From: Nostoc sp. DedSLP01
GTDB lineage: Bacteria > Cyanobacteriota > Cyanobacteriia > Cyanobacteriales > Nostocaceae
Reading direction: 5' to 3'
Length of the DNA stretch: 54,483 nucleotides
Assembly: GCA_034530875.2 (NCBI GenBank)
Contig: JAVRCJ020000045.1
Span: 1-54,483 of the forward strand
Below the pieces are notes generated by a model, which had not been told where the DNA came from, did no database searches, and was given only the letters and a program-made list of their open reading frames with translations. Positions 43,115-52,672 of the stretch are shown here, in pieces. A program made the translations under genes and the position numbers. Positions within the stretch are counted from its first letter, which is position 1. Every line of letters begins with the position of its first letter.

Positions 43115-44632
43115 TTAGAACTCCAGATATTTTTTTAAGAAGTCTCGATATAATTGACAACTAATCACCCATTTTTGTTGCTGCAATTTAATTAACCCCA
43201 TATCTTCTAATTTGTAGGCACTTAATATATCTAGATCGATATTCTCATTTTTTGTGAAAAATATTTTCATACTATCTAATAATTGGGCATTTTTTTGTAA
43301 TTTATTTAATAAGTTTTGTAAGTATTGACGATAAATTCCTAATTCTGTACTTGCTGTTAGCAAAATATCTTCTAAGGTTAATTTATGATAGCGCAGATGA
43401 TAAAGAGTAATATTGATCAATGCTGGATGTCCCCCGATTAATTCCATTAGCTGCTGCACTTGCTCATTTTGTTTCCAATCTATTCCATATCGATTTGCTA
43501 ACTCAATTACATGCTCAGAAGTAAATTCCAATAATTTCAATGGTAGCCCAATATTAAAGGGAGATTGATTAATATCAAGAGAAAAATTAACTTCTGTTGA
43601 ATAAACAATTACCAACCGTAACTTTGGCCATACTTCATCCTGTTGCGCTTCTTCTTGCCACGAACGTAACAGAGGTAGAAATTCATTGGCTAGTTCGGGA
43701 TATTCAAAAATATGCTGAACTTCGTCTAATACTAATAATAAAGGTTTTTCTAAAGGTGCAAGCAAACATTCTTTTAGATAAAGAGTGCAGCTGAGTTTAC
43801 TACCAATTTCTTCGTCCCAATGTTTATCGATATTAAATTCTATGCCTAGTTGACGAGCTATACTTGCAGCTAACCATTGCATGAATAATTGAGGTTTTTG
43901 CAAAACATCAATATCAACTTGATCGATATTTAGTTTTGCTGTTTTATAGTCTAATGTTTTGGCATGAGCTAAAATCCGCAACATCAAAGATGTTTTACCC
44001 ATGCCTCGACAACCTTGAATGCGAATGACACATCCCGGTTGCGTGATTTCTTGATATGCTAGTTCTTCTAATGGAGGACGAGGAATATAGAATTTAGAAT
44101 CTAAAGATAAAGGAGCGCAGGGATATTTTATATATTCACTAATCTTTGCTTGAATGTTGCGATCGCTCTGTTTTTTGAGTGTAATTTCACTCTTAATTTT
44201 CTCTTCACTGAGAAATATGGAAACAATTTGAGATGGTGCAGTATTTGGTATGATTGTTTGTTGTTGCACAGAATTATCTGAATTTTGAGATAAATCTCTA
44301 ACTATCAACTGTCGCTGTTCTTGGAAATATTCCTGGTAAAAATCAATGTCATTTGCATCATAAATAGTGTAGTCATCTTCATGCAACGTTAAATCAAAAG
44401 CACTAAAGCAGATTCGCATGGTGCGCGGATCTATCCTCGAATTCAAAGACCACAAACGGCTTAAACTAGAGGTGGAAATTCCAATGCGATCGCTTAATTC
44501 TACTTGTGTAAAACGTTTACCTCCTCTTTTTTGTCTTTCTTCTTCCAAAATTGCAGTTTGCAATCTCTTCATCCCGACAGCAGTTAGAACTACTCCTCTT
44601 TTTCGCAGTGATTTATTTTTGTCTTCTTTCAT
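43115..44632 (-). CDS. HTH + AAA_35 NTPase, probable transcription regulator
   Basis: RGVVLT..G..RL and TQVELSDRIGISTSSLSR HTH; GCRGMGKTS; VLDEV; SPFNIG. Confidence 0.9.
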   Translation of the reverse strand: MKEDKNKSLRKRGVVLTAVGMKRLQTAILEEERQKRGGKRFTQVELSDRIGISTSSLSRLWSLNSRIDPRTMRICFSAFDLTLHEDDYTIYDANDIDFYQEYFQEQRQLIVRDLSQNSDNSVQQQTIIPNTAPSQIVSIFLSEEKIKSEITLKKQSDRNIQAKISEYIKYPCAPLSLDSKFYIPRPPLEELAYQEITQPGCVIRIQGCRGMGKTSLMLRILAHAKTLDYKTAKLNIDQVDIDVLQKPQLFMQWLAASIARQLGIEFNIDKHWDEEIGSKLSCTLYLKECLLAPLEKPLLLVLDEVQHIFEYPELANEFLPLLRSWQEEAQQDEVWPKLRLVIVYSTEVNFSLDINQSPFNIGLPLKLLEFTSEHVIELANRYGIDWKQNEQVQQLMELIGGHPALINITLYHLRYHKLTLEDILLTASTELGIYRQYLQNLLNKLQKNAQLLDSMKIFFTKNENIDLDILSAYKLEDMGLIKLQQQKWVISCQLYRDFLKKYLEF

Positions 44633-44694
44633 TTCTAAATGAAAATTTTAACTTGTTTTCATATTAATTTTGCTCAAAAGCGGTTTCCAGCCTT

Positions 44695-45061
44695 AAGTGA
44701 CGTATATGATGTTTGAATCGATGTAATCTAAATATTACCAGATATCTGCAACAGTTTAACTGATGTAAGTGAAGTTTTTGAACTGGGAAAAAATCAATTG
44801 ATTTTTTAGTAGTGACAAAATAAAACATGATTAAAAAATAATAAGAAAAGTTTTAAATGTCTATGTAAGCAAAAAACAAAAATTGTATATAAAAATACAA
44901 AATTTTTAGGCAAATGAAGTATTTTATTGCCCAATCCTGAGATTACCAAAGCTACAGCCTATATAAGAGTGTTTTCAGGTAATTTGCCTGCAAGTAGGTT
45001 AACTGATTTATCTGCACTTGAGGTAAATAAGAAAACATGGGAAATTTGAAGCTGTCTAAAA
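44695..45061 (+). promoter_or_regulatory. Regulatory region copy A (three 9+9 boxes and an 82-bp block)
   Basis: Homologous to 51725-52006. Confidence 0.75.
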
Positions 45062-45269
45062 TATTGGCGTTGCTCAATCAGAACTATGAAATTCTAAAAT
45101 TACTTTTTTTCCTTCGTAACTTTGTGCCTCAGAAAGCGGTAACGCCTAAAGGCGAATGCTTGAGACAATCGCAACCTAGAGTTATGTCAAACTTTAACTA
45201 TCACCCTGACATCTGTGTTCTTGTCCTATCATTATTATTTCCATTTTTTAAATAACAGGATTGAGCGCC

Positions 45270-45647
45270 ATGAAAAGCGTGGAGAAAAAAATCGTTGCTC
45301 TTTGTTTTATCGCTGCTGGGAGTCTTTTCTGGAGCATGGTAGGGCTGGTTAGCTCTGCCCAAGCTCAAAGCTTTGAACCTGTTTCAATAATCATTTCCGA
45401 ATCTTCTAAACCTGTCACCTACATGACAGTACTCGACAAAAATACAATCGTCATCCAAATTACGGAGGGCGAATTTAACTTCCACGGCTATCTGGAGAGG
45501 ACATCTGGCAATACATTCATTGGCGAAAACGAGCAGGTGCGCGTCATCTATGACCGAGGTACTAAGCAGGTTGTGGTGATTAACAAAAAGACGGGGACTG
45601 AGTTTTACAACTACTACTTCTCTGATACCAATGAAGGGGCGCTTTAG
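45270..45647 (+). CDS. Secreted hypothetical protein
   Basis: Signal peptide ending AQA. Confidence 0.8.
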   Translation: MKSVEKKIVALCFIAAGSLFWSMVGLVSSAQAQSFEPVSIIISESSKPVTYMTVLDKNTIVIQITEGEFNFHGYLERTSGNTFIGENEQVRVIYDRGTKQVVVINKKTGTEFYNYYFSDTNEGAL

Positions 45648-45705
45648 GTTCAAGCAATCCAATTTGTAATGATTCCTAAAATATTTGCACTCTTGAGAAA
45701 ACAAC

Positions 45706-46269
45706 ATGAAAATAAACCGTTTAATTCCGATTGTTGCGAGTTCCCTAATCATCACAATTGCCCTCAATGCCCAGGCTCAAAATGCTGGAGATCCTGTTCG
45801 CGGACTTCAAGATTTAGTGAATGTTCGCGGACGAGATGGAGAAGCCATACTCCAAAAGCGGGGCTATAGGTTTCGCTGGGCTGAAAAATCTGATGATTCT
45901 ACTTATAGCTTTTGGACTCAAACTAAAACCGGTCGGTGCATTAGCGTGAGGACAGAACAAGGTCGCTATGTCTCTCTGGCTGATACCGGAACCACGGCCG
46001 ATTGCGATCGCGGCGATAGGAAACGTCCTCAAAATACAGGCAATTCCTCTTCCCGACCCTTGCCAGACCTAATAGGAGCGAGGGCTGGTCAAGCAGAACG
46101 TGAAGTGCGGCAGCGGGGATATACCTATCGCCGTAACGAAAAAGTATCAAATACTTCTGTTGCTTCGTTCTGGGTTGAAGGCAACTCAGGTCGGTGTGTA
46201 GAAATCGTTACCTCAAACGGTCGCTATCAAAACATCTTTTACGTTGATTGGCATCACTGCCATAGATAA
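45706..46269 (+). CDS. Secreted protein with two internal repeats
   Basis: Signal peptide ending AQA; repeat L.DL...R....E..L..RGY...SFW....GRC....T..GRY. Confidence 0.85.
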   Translation: MKINRLIPIVASSLIITIALNAQAQNAGDPVRGLQDLVNVRGRDGEAILQKRGYRFRWAEKSDDSTYSFWTQTKTGRCISVRTEQGRYVSLADTGTTADCDRGDRKRPQNTGNSSSRPLPDLIGARAGQAEREVRQRGYTYRRNEKVSNTSVASFWVEGNSGRCVEIVTSNGRYQNIFYVDWHHCHR

Positions 46270-46362
46270 TCTAATCCCGTTCTTGTGTCTAAACCGATTG
46301 ACACTGGCGAAATTCTCAATGATAGAGTTTCCAAACAAATTCATCTAGGCTCAATGCAACTA

Positions 46363-47064
46363 ATGAAAAGCTTGCGAATATTAGCCCCTACTTTTCTGGG
46401 TTTATTAACTCTGACAGTTACTCATCCTGTTAACGCTCAAGCAGCGATTGACACTTTAGACAACGGTAATCTAAGTGTGACGGGGATGACACGAGGAAGC
46501 GGCTGCACTGTCCTTTTTAATCCTCAAGGGGAGCTACTTCAAAATGGTCGTTCCTGTAGTTCAAGAGAAATTAGTAAAGCTCAAACTGCGATCGATAGCT
46601 ATTTGCGGGAACAGCGCACATCTGACAATTACAATAGCAGTTCGTCGCGCCAAAATCTGACGTTGATCTGCTATGGTGAAGGTCGCAAACCGACTGTCAC
46701 AAATAGCTATGGATATGAATGGAACGACCGCCGCCATCGCTACGAATCAAGTAATCGCATAGAGTCAACGACTACCAACTTCGATTCCGAAGTTCAGGTT
46801 GAAATCCGCGGTACAGAGGGAAAAATCCATCTCGGTGGAAGGCTCATCCCGCCGATCCATTCGGGCGGTGACAATGGATGGTGGACGCTCGAAAACCTTC
46901 AGGTCTACCCCGATAAAATTACGGGAAAATACAGGCTAAACGGGCTAAATAAACCGCGTGTCAATATCGACCGGCGCAGCGGCAGGATCGCCATAGATGG
47001 GATTGAAAAGTTTCGGGGCGATTGCAACTCAGGCGACTGGAGCAATAGCAGAACCCGATTCTAG
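46363..47064 (+). CDS. Secreted hypothetical protein
   Basis: Signal-like N-terminus, paired Cys residues. Confidence 0.75.
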   Translation: MKSLRILAPTFLGLLTLTVTHPVNAQAAIDTLDNGNLSVTGMTRGSGCTVLFNPQGELLQNGRSCSSREISKAQTAIDSYLREQRTSDNYNSSSSRQNLTLICYGEGRKPTVTNSYGYEWNDRRHRYESSNRIESTTTNFDSEVQVEIRGTEGKIHLGGRLIPPIHSGGDNGWWTLENLQVYPDKITGKYRLNGLNKPRVNIDRRSGRIAIDGIEKFRGDCNSGDWSNSRTRF

Positions 47065-47186
47065 TTTGCTGTATTGTTGGGTTTCGTCAAGACAAAAACA
47101 AAACCCATGTCTTCGCAGTTGAAAACTGGTTTGCTGATTAATTAGAACAATAAACAATGAATTGCTTGCCACGGAGAAATGATCGC

Positions 47187-47612
47187 ATGAAAAACTCTGC
47201 CTTGACTCTTATTCGTAGTGTTTTAGCCGCCTCGGTTATCACCACATCGCTCACATTTAGCTTCACTCCACCGTCGTTAGCTCAGGCTCATACGACCGTA
47301 AGGTTTTCCGCTGGCAAAGACAACACTTTTATCCGGTCTTCGATTACCGGCAACCAATACCATGACTATATTCTAAATGCGCGGGCAGGGCAGAGCCTCT
47401 CGGTTTCGTTGATTACCAAAGGAGCAGCATACTTCAACATTCTCTCACCAGGCAGCACAGATCGGGCAATTTATAACAGCTCAATATCGGGCAACGACGG
47501 AAACGTTCGTTTGTCACAGACTGGTAACTATACAGTTCGTGTGTATCTAAAGGGTGGCAGTAAGGACAGAAATCGAACGGTTCCTTTTGAACTTTCAGTC
47601 GGTATCTTGTGA
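47187..47612 (+). CDS. Secreted PPC-like beta-sandwich protein
   Basis: Y.LNARAGQSLSVSL...L.QTGNYTVRV pattern; GGAG RBS. Confidence 0.8.
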   Translation: MKNSALTLIRSVLAASVITTSLTFSFTPPSLAQAHTTVRFSAGKDNTFIRSSITGNQYHDYILNARAGQSLSVSLITKGAAYFNILSPGSTDRAIYNSSISGNDGNVRLSQTGNYTVRVYLKGGSKDRNRTVPFELSVGIL

Positions 47613-47642
47613 TGGTTGCTTTTCAATACTAGAGAAAAGCTT

Positions 47643-47691
47643 GAAAACTGTTAGAAGCGATACGTTTATCGCATCGCTTTTAACAGTTTTC
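47643..47691. terminator. Long hairpin after the secreted-gene cluster
   Basis: gaaaactgttagaagcgat...atcgcttttaacagttttc. Confidence 0.6.
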
Positions 47692-47776
47692 TCGATCGCT
47701 GGAAGTGCAACAGTCTAAACACCTCCAACAGCGTATTATGTGCGGGATCTTAGGCAGAAATTTTCTGCCCAATATA

Positions 47777-47906
47777 AGGGAACTCCAAAAAATAAATTAT
47801 CCAATTTTCGGAATCACAACGACTTTTCCTCCCCCTGCTCCCCTGCCCTAAAAGCGTTCGCGTAGCGTCCCGCAGGGATGGGATATTTTTTTATTTGGAA
47901 GTCCCT
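47777..47906. mobile_element. 130-bp MITE with 6-bp target-site duplication
   Basis: TIRs agggaactccaaaaaataaattatcc / ggatattttttatttggaagtccct; flanking AATATA at 47771-76 and 47907-12. Confidence 0.85.
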
Positions 47907-48010
47907 AATATAGTCCGGCGGCTACCAACGACCATCTTTTGAGACATGGCAAGACACAAATCACCCTCATCAGCTTCACACCTGTTTAGCACCGCAAAAA
48001 GGAAAATTGT

Positions 48011-48604
48011 ATGTCCCCCCTAAGACACGAAGCCGCTGTACCAGTTGAATATCGACTGCTTGGACTCGATCGCCGGCTCATTTGGCCGACGGTGAGCGTT
48101 TATCTTGTGGTGTTTTTATGGTCGGGAGTCATGCCAGCCATTAACGAGGCTGTTCATAACAAAGAGGTTTTAGCAGGGACAGCTTATAATGTCGGCCCTG
48201 TAAGTTTTACGCCAACCCAAGGCTGGGTGATAACTCAGACCCCATCCCCTGTCGGGAGTTCATCAAACGCAGTGGTCTTCAAAGATGGTGTGACGTTTAG
48301 CGTCAAAAGCGGTGTCTGGAAGGGAACTGCCGAGGAACTCCTCAACCAGATCGTGAAAGACCAGAATGAATTTATTGTCGAGGGTAAATTAGTTCCTGTT
48401 ACAACACTGCAAAAGGTTACCGGAGTAGCTAAGAGAATTAATGGCCCCGACTATATTGGTCTACTGCTTGCATACGTCGATGGCAAGGGTCGGGCAGTCG
48501 AAGTGATTGTGAAGGGCCCGGCCGCTACCTCCACACAATTGGAGCAACCGATCGCTGACATGATTCAGAGCATCACATTTAAACCAAAGGAGGGCAATTC
48601 GTGA
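48011..48604 (+). CDS. Membrane-anchored hypothetical protein coupled to PrsW
   Basis: One N-terminal TM; stop overlaps the next start (GTGA). Confidence 0.8.
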   Translation: MSPLRHEAAVPVEYRLLGLDRRLIWPTVSVYLVVFLWSGVMPAINEAVHNKEVLAGTAYNVGPVSFTPTQGWVITQTPSPVGSSSNAVVFKDGVTFSVKSGVWKGTAEELLNQIVKDQNEFIVEGKLVPVTTLQKVTGVAKRINGPDYIGLLLAYVDGKGRAVEVIVKGPAATSTQLEQPIADMIQSITFKPKEGNS

Positions 48605-49767
48605 TTAGCACTTCAAAAAGTGAGGGCACAATCCGCAAGGCTGCCATCGATCGTTCAGGCTGGAGCTATCCCGTCCGATTTTTTCAGCCGCACAACCCGG
48701 CGTGCTACCTGTATTGGTTGCTCGTACTCAAAGGCACCTACATCTTCTGCCAACTTTTGTTCGCCAGCGCCATCTATCCCACTGCTCTATTCATTGCCCT
48801 CTCCTCTGAGGCACTGTATTGCCTGCCTTGGATCTGGTTTCTCACCCACAAAGATCGCTATGAACGTGAGCCAGCCAAGCTCGCGCTGCTCGGCTTTCTC
48901 TGGGGCGGACTAGTAGCGCCCTGGGTTATGGCGCTCCCTGGCAATAATGCAATCCTATCGCTATTTGCGAAGCTGACCAGCCTCGACTTTTATAGCCATT
49001 GGAGTCCGGCTCTCACGGCACCCATCGTGGAAGAAAGCTCCAAATTCGTCGGGCTGGTCATGCTCGCTTTACTAGCACGCAACCATGTCCGCAACGCCTA
49101 CGACGGATTTCTGCTTGGTGCGTTTGTGGGTCTTGGCTTTCAGGTCTTTGAAGACGTGTCTTACCTTCTGGTCGCACCCGACGAAAGCTTTGGATCGCAG
49201 CAGGTTGCTGATACGTTGTCGGTGTTGGTAGGGCGTACATCTGTCGGTTTCTGGAGTCACTCGCTCTTCACGGCGGTTGCGGGTACGGGGTTTGGCTACT
49301 TCCTCGAAGCGAAAAATCGCTCGTTCGGCCATCGGCTCGCGGTTTTGGTAGGTTTTTTTCTGTTGGCTTGTCTGGCTCATAGCTGTTGGGATGCCATTAT
49401 TGGGTGGCGCGGCTTCGGGCTCATCGGCATCGTCATTGGAACGGTTGCGATTTTGCTTGCGTGGCGCTTCTCCGAGCAGCGTCAACGCAAGTTTGTCCGC
49501 GTCCTGCTGGCTGACGATGTTGCAAACGGAATCGTGACAGAAGCCGAACTGGCTGCGATTTCCAACCGACCGAAAGATCGGCGAGCTTACCTAAGACAGA
49601 TCAAGTCCTCATCCGGGCCTGACGCGGCAAAACGCGCTGGGTTCATACTCGATGCGGCGATCGATCTTGCAGCGGCAATTGCATCTACGGACAGTCTCAA
49701 TAGTCCGAAAGCCGAAGCCGCGCGTGCGGAGATTGCGAGGGTGCGCGGTGCCGCACAGTTAGGTTGA
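48601..49767 (+). CDS. prsW: PrsW-family intramembrane metalloprotease
   Basis: DRYEREP, APIVEESSK, GLGFQVFED, H motifs (SHSLFT, AHSCWD). Confidence 0.9.
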   Translation: MISTSKSEGTIRKAAIDRSGWSYPVRFFQPHNPACYLYWLLVLKGTYIFCQLLFASAIYPTALFIALSSEALYCLPWIWFLTHKDRYEREPAKLALLGFLWGGLVAPWVMALPGNNAILSLFAKLTSLDFYSHWSPALTAPIVEESSKFVGLVMLALLARNHVRNAYDGFLLGAFVGLGFQVFEDVSYLLVAPDESFGSQQVADTLSVLVGRTSVGFWSHSLFTAVAGTGFGYFLEAKNRSFGHRLAVLVGFFLLACLAHSCWDAIIGWRGFGLIGIVIGTVAILLAWRFSEQRQRKFVRVLLADDVANGIVTEAELAAISNRPKDRRAYLRQIKSSSGPDAAKRAGFILDAAIDLAAAIASTDSLNSPKAEAARAEIARVRGAAQLG

Positions 49768-49881
49768 TTACAGTAGATTCCAGCCGAAATGCCGAGGCGA
49801 TCGAGAGTGCCTGATACAGTAGAGCATGACTCCAAGAGCAAAGCTTCAAGATCGAGTTGCTCAATCACTTTACCAGAGATT

Positions 49882-51687
49882 ATGTTCCTGTTTAATCGCT
49901 TCCTCCATTCAATAATTCGGTTTGTGCTAGTCAGCGTGATGACGATCGCAATAGTACTTGGTTGGAGTGCGATCGCCCACAGTCAACTGTCCTCATCACC
50001 TACCGCCGCTTCTAACAATCCGTACAAACCCCCTAAAGGCGTCACCCGTCTCGGTGAATATGAAATTGCCAACGTGAATTCACCACTAGACAAAAACCTT
50101 TTATTTAAGGTTGTCTCTCCCACTGTTTTTAATCGCAACGAACCGCCAGAGGGAAGTCTTCCTGTGGAAGTACGTGCTGAAGAAATTACGCAACGGCTGA
50201 TGCGAGCACTCGATAGAGCCAACAAAGCCAAAGAAACTCCCATAATTTCTGTTGCCACCCTGAATAACCGCCTAATCCTCCAGCTCAATGACAATCAAAC
50301 GTCCCGTTCTTTAAGGTTGGTGACAGTGACAGAGCCAGATGCTGACTACTATGGGAAAACACTGGAGGAATTGGTCCAGGAGTGGCAAAAAATATTACAA
50401 GCAGAAGTGGAACGCATCGAGCGACTCTTCTCACCTAAGGTATTGTCTCAACGGGTTGGGCAGGCACTACAAATCAGCATCGGCTTGGTGTTGGGCAGTG
50501 TTGTGTTATGGTTCCTGCGGCGAACTCTAATTCGCAAACAGACGGTATTGCAAACTCGTTATCAAGAGCATATAGCTGAGGCAAAAGAGGCTGCGGTCAA
50601 ACGCTCTCAGGCAGAAACATCGGCCAATATTCAGGCAATCGACACCAGCGAATCAGAGGCACACACCATCGCCCATCAGCGATCGCAATTTCTAGAAATC
50701 ATCCAGCGACAGTTCACTCTCAAGCGCCAACTGGGGATCTATTCTTTTCTGACCTTACTACTGTTTTGGGCGTTTATTCTCGGATGGTACATCGGGATTG
50801 TGGTCATCATATCTCGTGTCCCCTACCTGATGAAATGGTGGAATGACGCTTTAGCCCGTCCCCTGGCGCTGCTGATTATTTGGTTTTTTATCAGTGTTGT
50901 CATTCGTATCGGCAAAAGCTTAATTGACTACATCACCGATGTCTGGACAACCCATCCCTCTCTCCCTTTGAGTGAAACTCAACGGATTACTCTGCGATCT
51001 GCAACAGTTTCTGGGGCACTAAAAGGATTAATCACCTTTGTTTTGATTACCTTCGGTATCTTGCGGACTCTAGACATTTTTAATGTACCCACTAGTTCAA
51101 TTTTGGCAGGGGGGGCTGTCATCGGTATTGCAATTTCCCTTGGTTCCCAAAGTTTGATGAAAGATTTGGTCAATGGCTGCTTAATTTTGATGGAGGATCA
51201 ATTTGCTGTGGGAGATGTAATTGAGATTGGGAATAAAAGCGGACTGGTGGAAAATCTCAACCTACGCGTGACTCAACTACGCAATGGCGAAGGTAAGTTA
51301 ATTACCATTCCTAATAGCAATATCACTGATGTCAACAACTTAACCCGCCTTTGGTCGCGGGTAGACTTTTCTATTGTGGTGGCCTATGAAAACGACCTGA
51401 AGCAGGTTTTAGAAATTCTCAGGCAAGTATCCCAGCAATTGTATAGCGAAGTGGAATGGCGCGATCGCCTGCCAGAATCGCCCGAAGTCCTGGGCATTGA
51501 TGACCTCTCCCACACGGGTATGCTAGTGCGCGTTTGGATTAAAACGGCACCGATGGAACAATGGAATGTTGGGCGAGAGTTCCGTCTACGAGTGCGCCTA
51601 GCCTTTGAAGCAAACAATATCCAGATTGGCAGACCACAATGGATTACTTACAACACAGATTTGGCAAAGTCTCCTTTTCAAAATTAG
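49882..51687 (+). CDS. MscS mechanosensitive channel with large extracytoplasmic N-domain
   Basis: GSQSLMKDLVNG...EDQFAVGDVI...GLVENLNLRVTQLR...ITIPN. Confidence 0.93.
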   Translation: MFLFNRFLHSIIRFVLVSVMTIAIVLGWSAIAHSQLSSSPTAASNNPYKPPKGVTRLGEYEIANVNSPLDKNLLFKVVSPTVFNRNEPPEGSLPVEVRAEEITQRLMRALDRANKAKETPIISVATLNNRLILQLNDNQTSRSLRLVTVTEPDADYYGKTLEELVQEWQKILQAEVERIERLFSPKVLSQRVGQALQISIGLVLGSVVLWFLRRTLIRKQTVLQTRYQEHIAEAKEAAVKRSQAETSANIQAIDTSESEAHTIAHQRSQFLEIIQRQFTLKRQLGIYSFLTLLLFWAFILGWYIGIVVIISRVPYLMKWWNDALARPLALLIIWFFISVVIRIGKSLIDYITDVWTTHPSLPLSETQRITLRSATVSGALKGLITFVLITFGILRTLDIFNVPTSSILAGGAVIGIAISLGSQSLMKDLVNGCLILMEDQFAVGDVIEIGNKSGLVENLNLRVTQLRNGEGKLITIPNSNITDVNNLTRLWSRVDFSIVVAYENDLKQVLEILRQVSQQLYSEVEWRDRLPESPEVLGIDDLSHTGMLVRVWIKTAPMEQWNVGREFRLRVRLAFEANNIQIGRPQWITYNTDLAKSPFQN

Positions 51688-51724
51688 CCTTTGGTAAGAA
51701 ACTTGCAGTGAAAAAAATATCCCA

Positions 51725-52006
51725 AACTGATGTATATGATGTTTGGAATAAAGTAATTTATCTCTTAACTGATTTAAGTGATATTTCTGTAACTGTAACT
51801 AAATTCATGGATATTCTTTGATAGAAAAAATAAAATATACAACATATATTAAAGCTATATCAAGAAAAGTTTTAGGTCGATCTCCAAATTAAATATCAAA
51901 AAATTAATAGATGGTGCTTTGGGCTAATTTGCCTGTAAATAGATTAACTGATTTATCTGCACTTGAAGTCAAGAAGAAAACATGGGAAATTTAAATCTGT
52001 CTAAAA
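51725..52006 (+). promoter_or_regulatory. Regulatory region copy B
   Basis: Homologous to 44695-45061. Confidence 0.75.
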
Positions 52007-52127
52007 ATTTTAGGGCTTCTGTTCTCTATATTTGTTCCAGGATGGGTAAGTTTAACGAGCAAATACGAAAACAAGCAACAAAGGCTAGGTGAAGTTTAAT
52101 TTGTCAATATTTAGGTGAACAAAAATC

Positions 52128-52544
52128 ATGAACCTTAAAACATTACTTGTTACCACTGTTGTATCTTTAGCATCATTTGTTGCGACTTTTCCAGTGAAAG
52201 CAAATATTTCTCAGGAAGGAGTGCAAGGAATTAATGATATTTCTGTAACCTCAAATTCTTCTGTTGTAAATCAGTTAAACCAGCCTTATCTCATCGCTAG
52301 ATCTAATTGGGTGACGCTAGCTGGAGGACGGTCAAAAAGAATTAACCTACGTACAAGACCAACTATCAACTCGGATACTAAGGGCTACGGTTTAGGTGGC
52401 GATCGCGCCCAAAATTTACAATGCGTTCAAGACAAAGATAGACGTGGTAGTCAGCTTAACTGGTGTCGAGTGAAATTCCCAAGATCGGGAGCGATTGGTT
52501 GGATTCGTAGCGACAACATTATTTTCAGCGATGGTGGCGAATAA
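52128..52544 (+). CDS. Secreted SH3b-domain protein
   Basis: INLRTRPT...GDR...WCRVKF...GWIRSD. Confidence 0.85.
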   Translation: MNLKTLLVTTVVSLASFVATFPVKANISQEGVQGINDISVTSNSSVVNQLNQPYLIARSNWVTLAGGRSKRINLRTRPTINSDTKGYGLGGDRAQNLQCVQDKDRRGSQLNWCRVKFPRSGAIGWIRSDNIIFSDGGE

Positions 52545-52672
52545 AATTGCAGTCTACACCATAGACACTGGACGATGGCTTTGAGTGAGTCTATTGCCGT
52601 TCAAGAATCGCTTAATTTGTGGTGTAAAAAGTTTGTGAGTTTTTAGTTTTTGAAAGATTAAGGTGTTAATCA

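Noticed and set aside
45037..45255. MGNLKLSK ORF as a conserved leader peptide
   Set aside because: The second copy (51982) diverges after 8 codons and stops at 36 aa; conservation extends upstream of the ATG, favouring a DNA element
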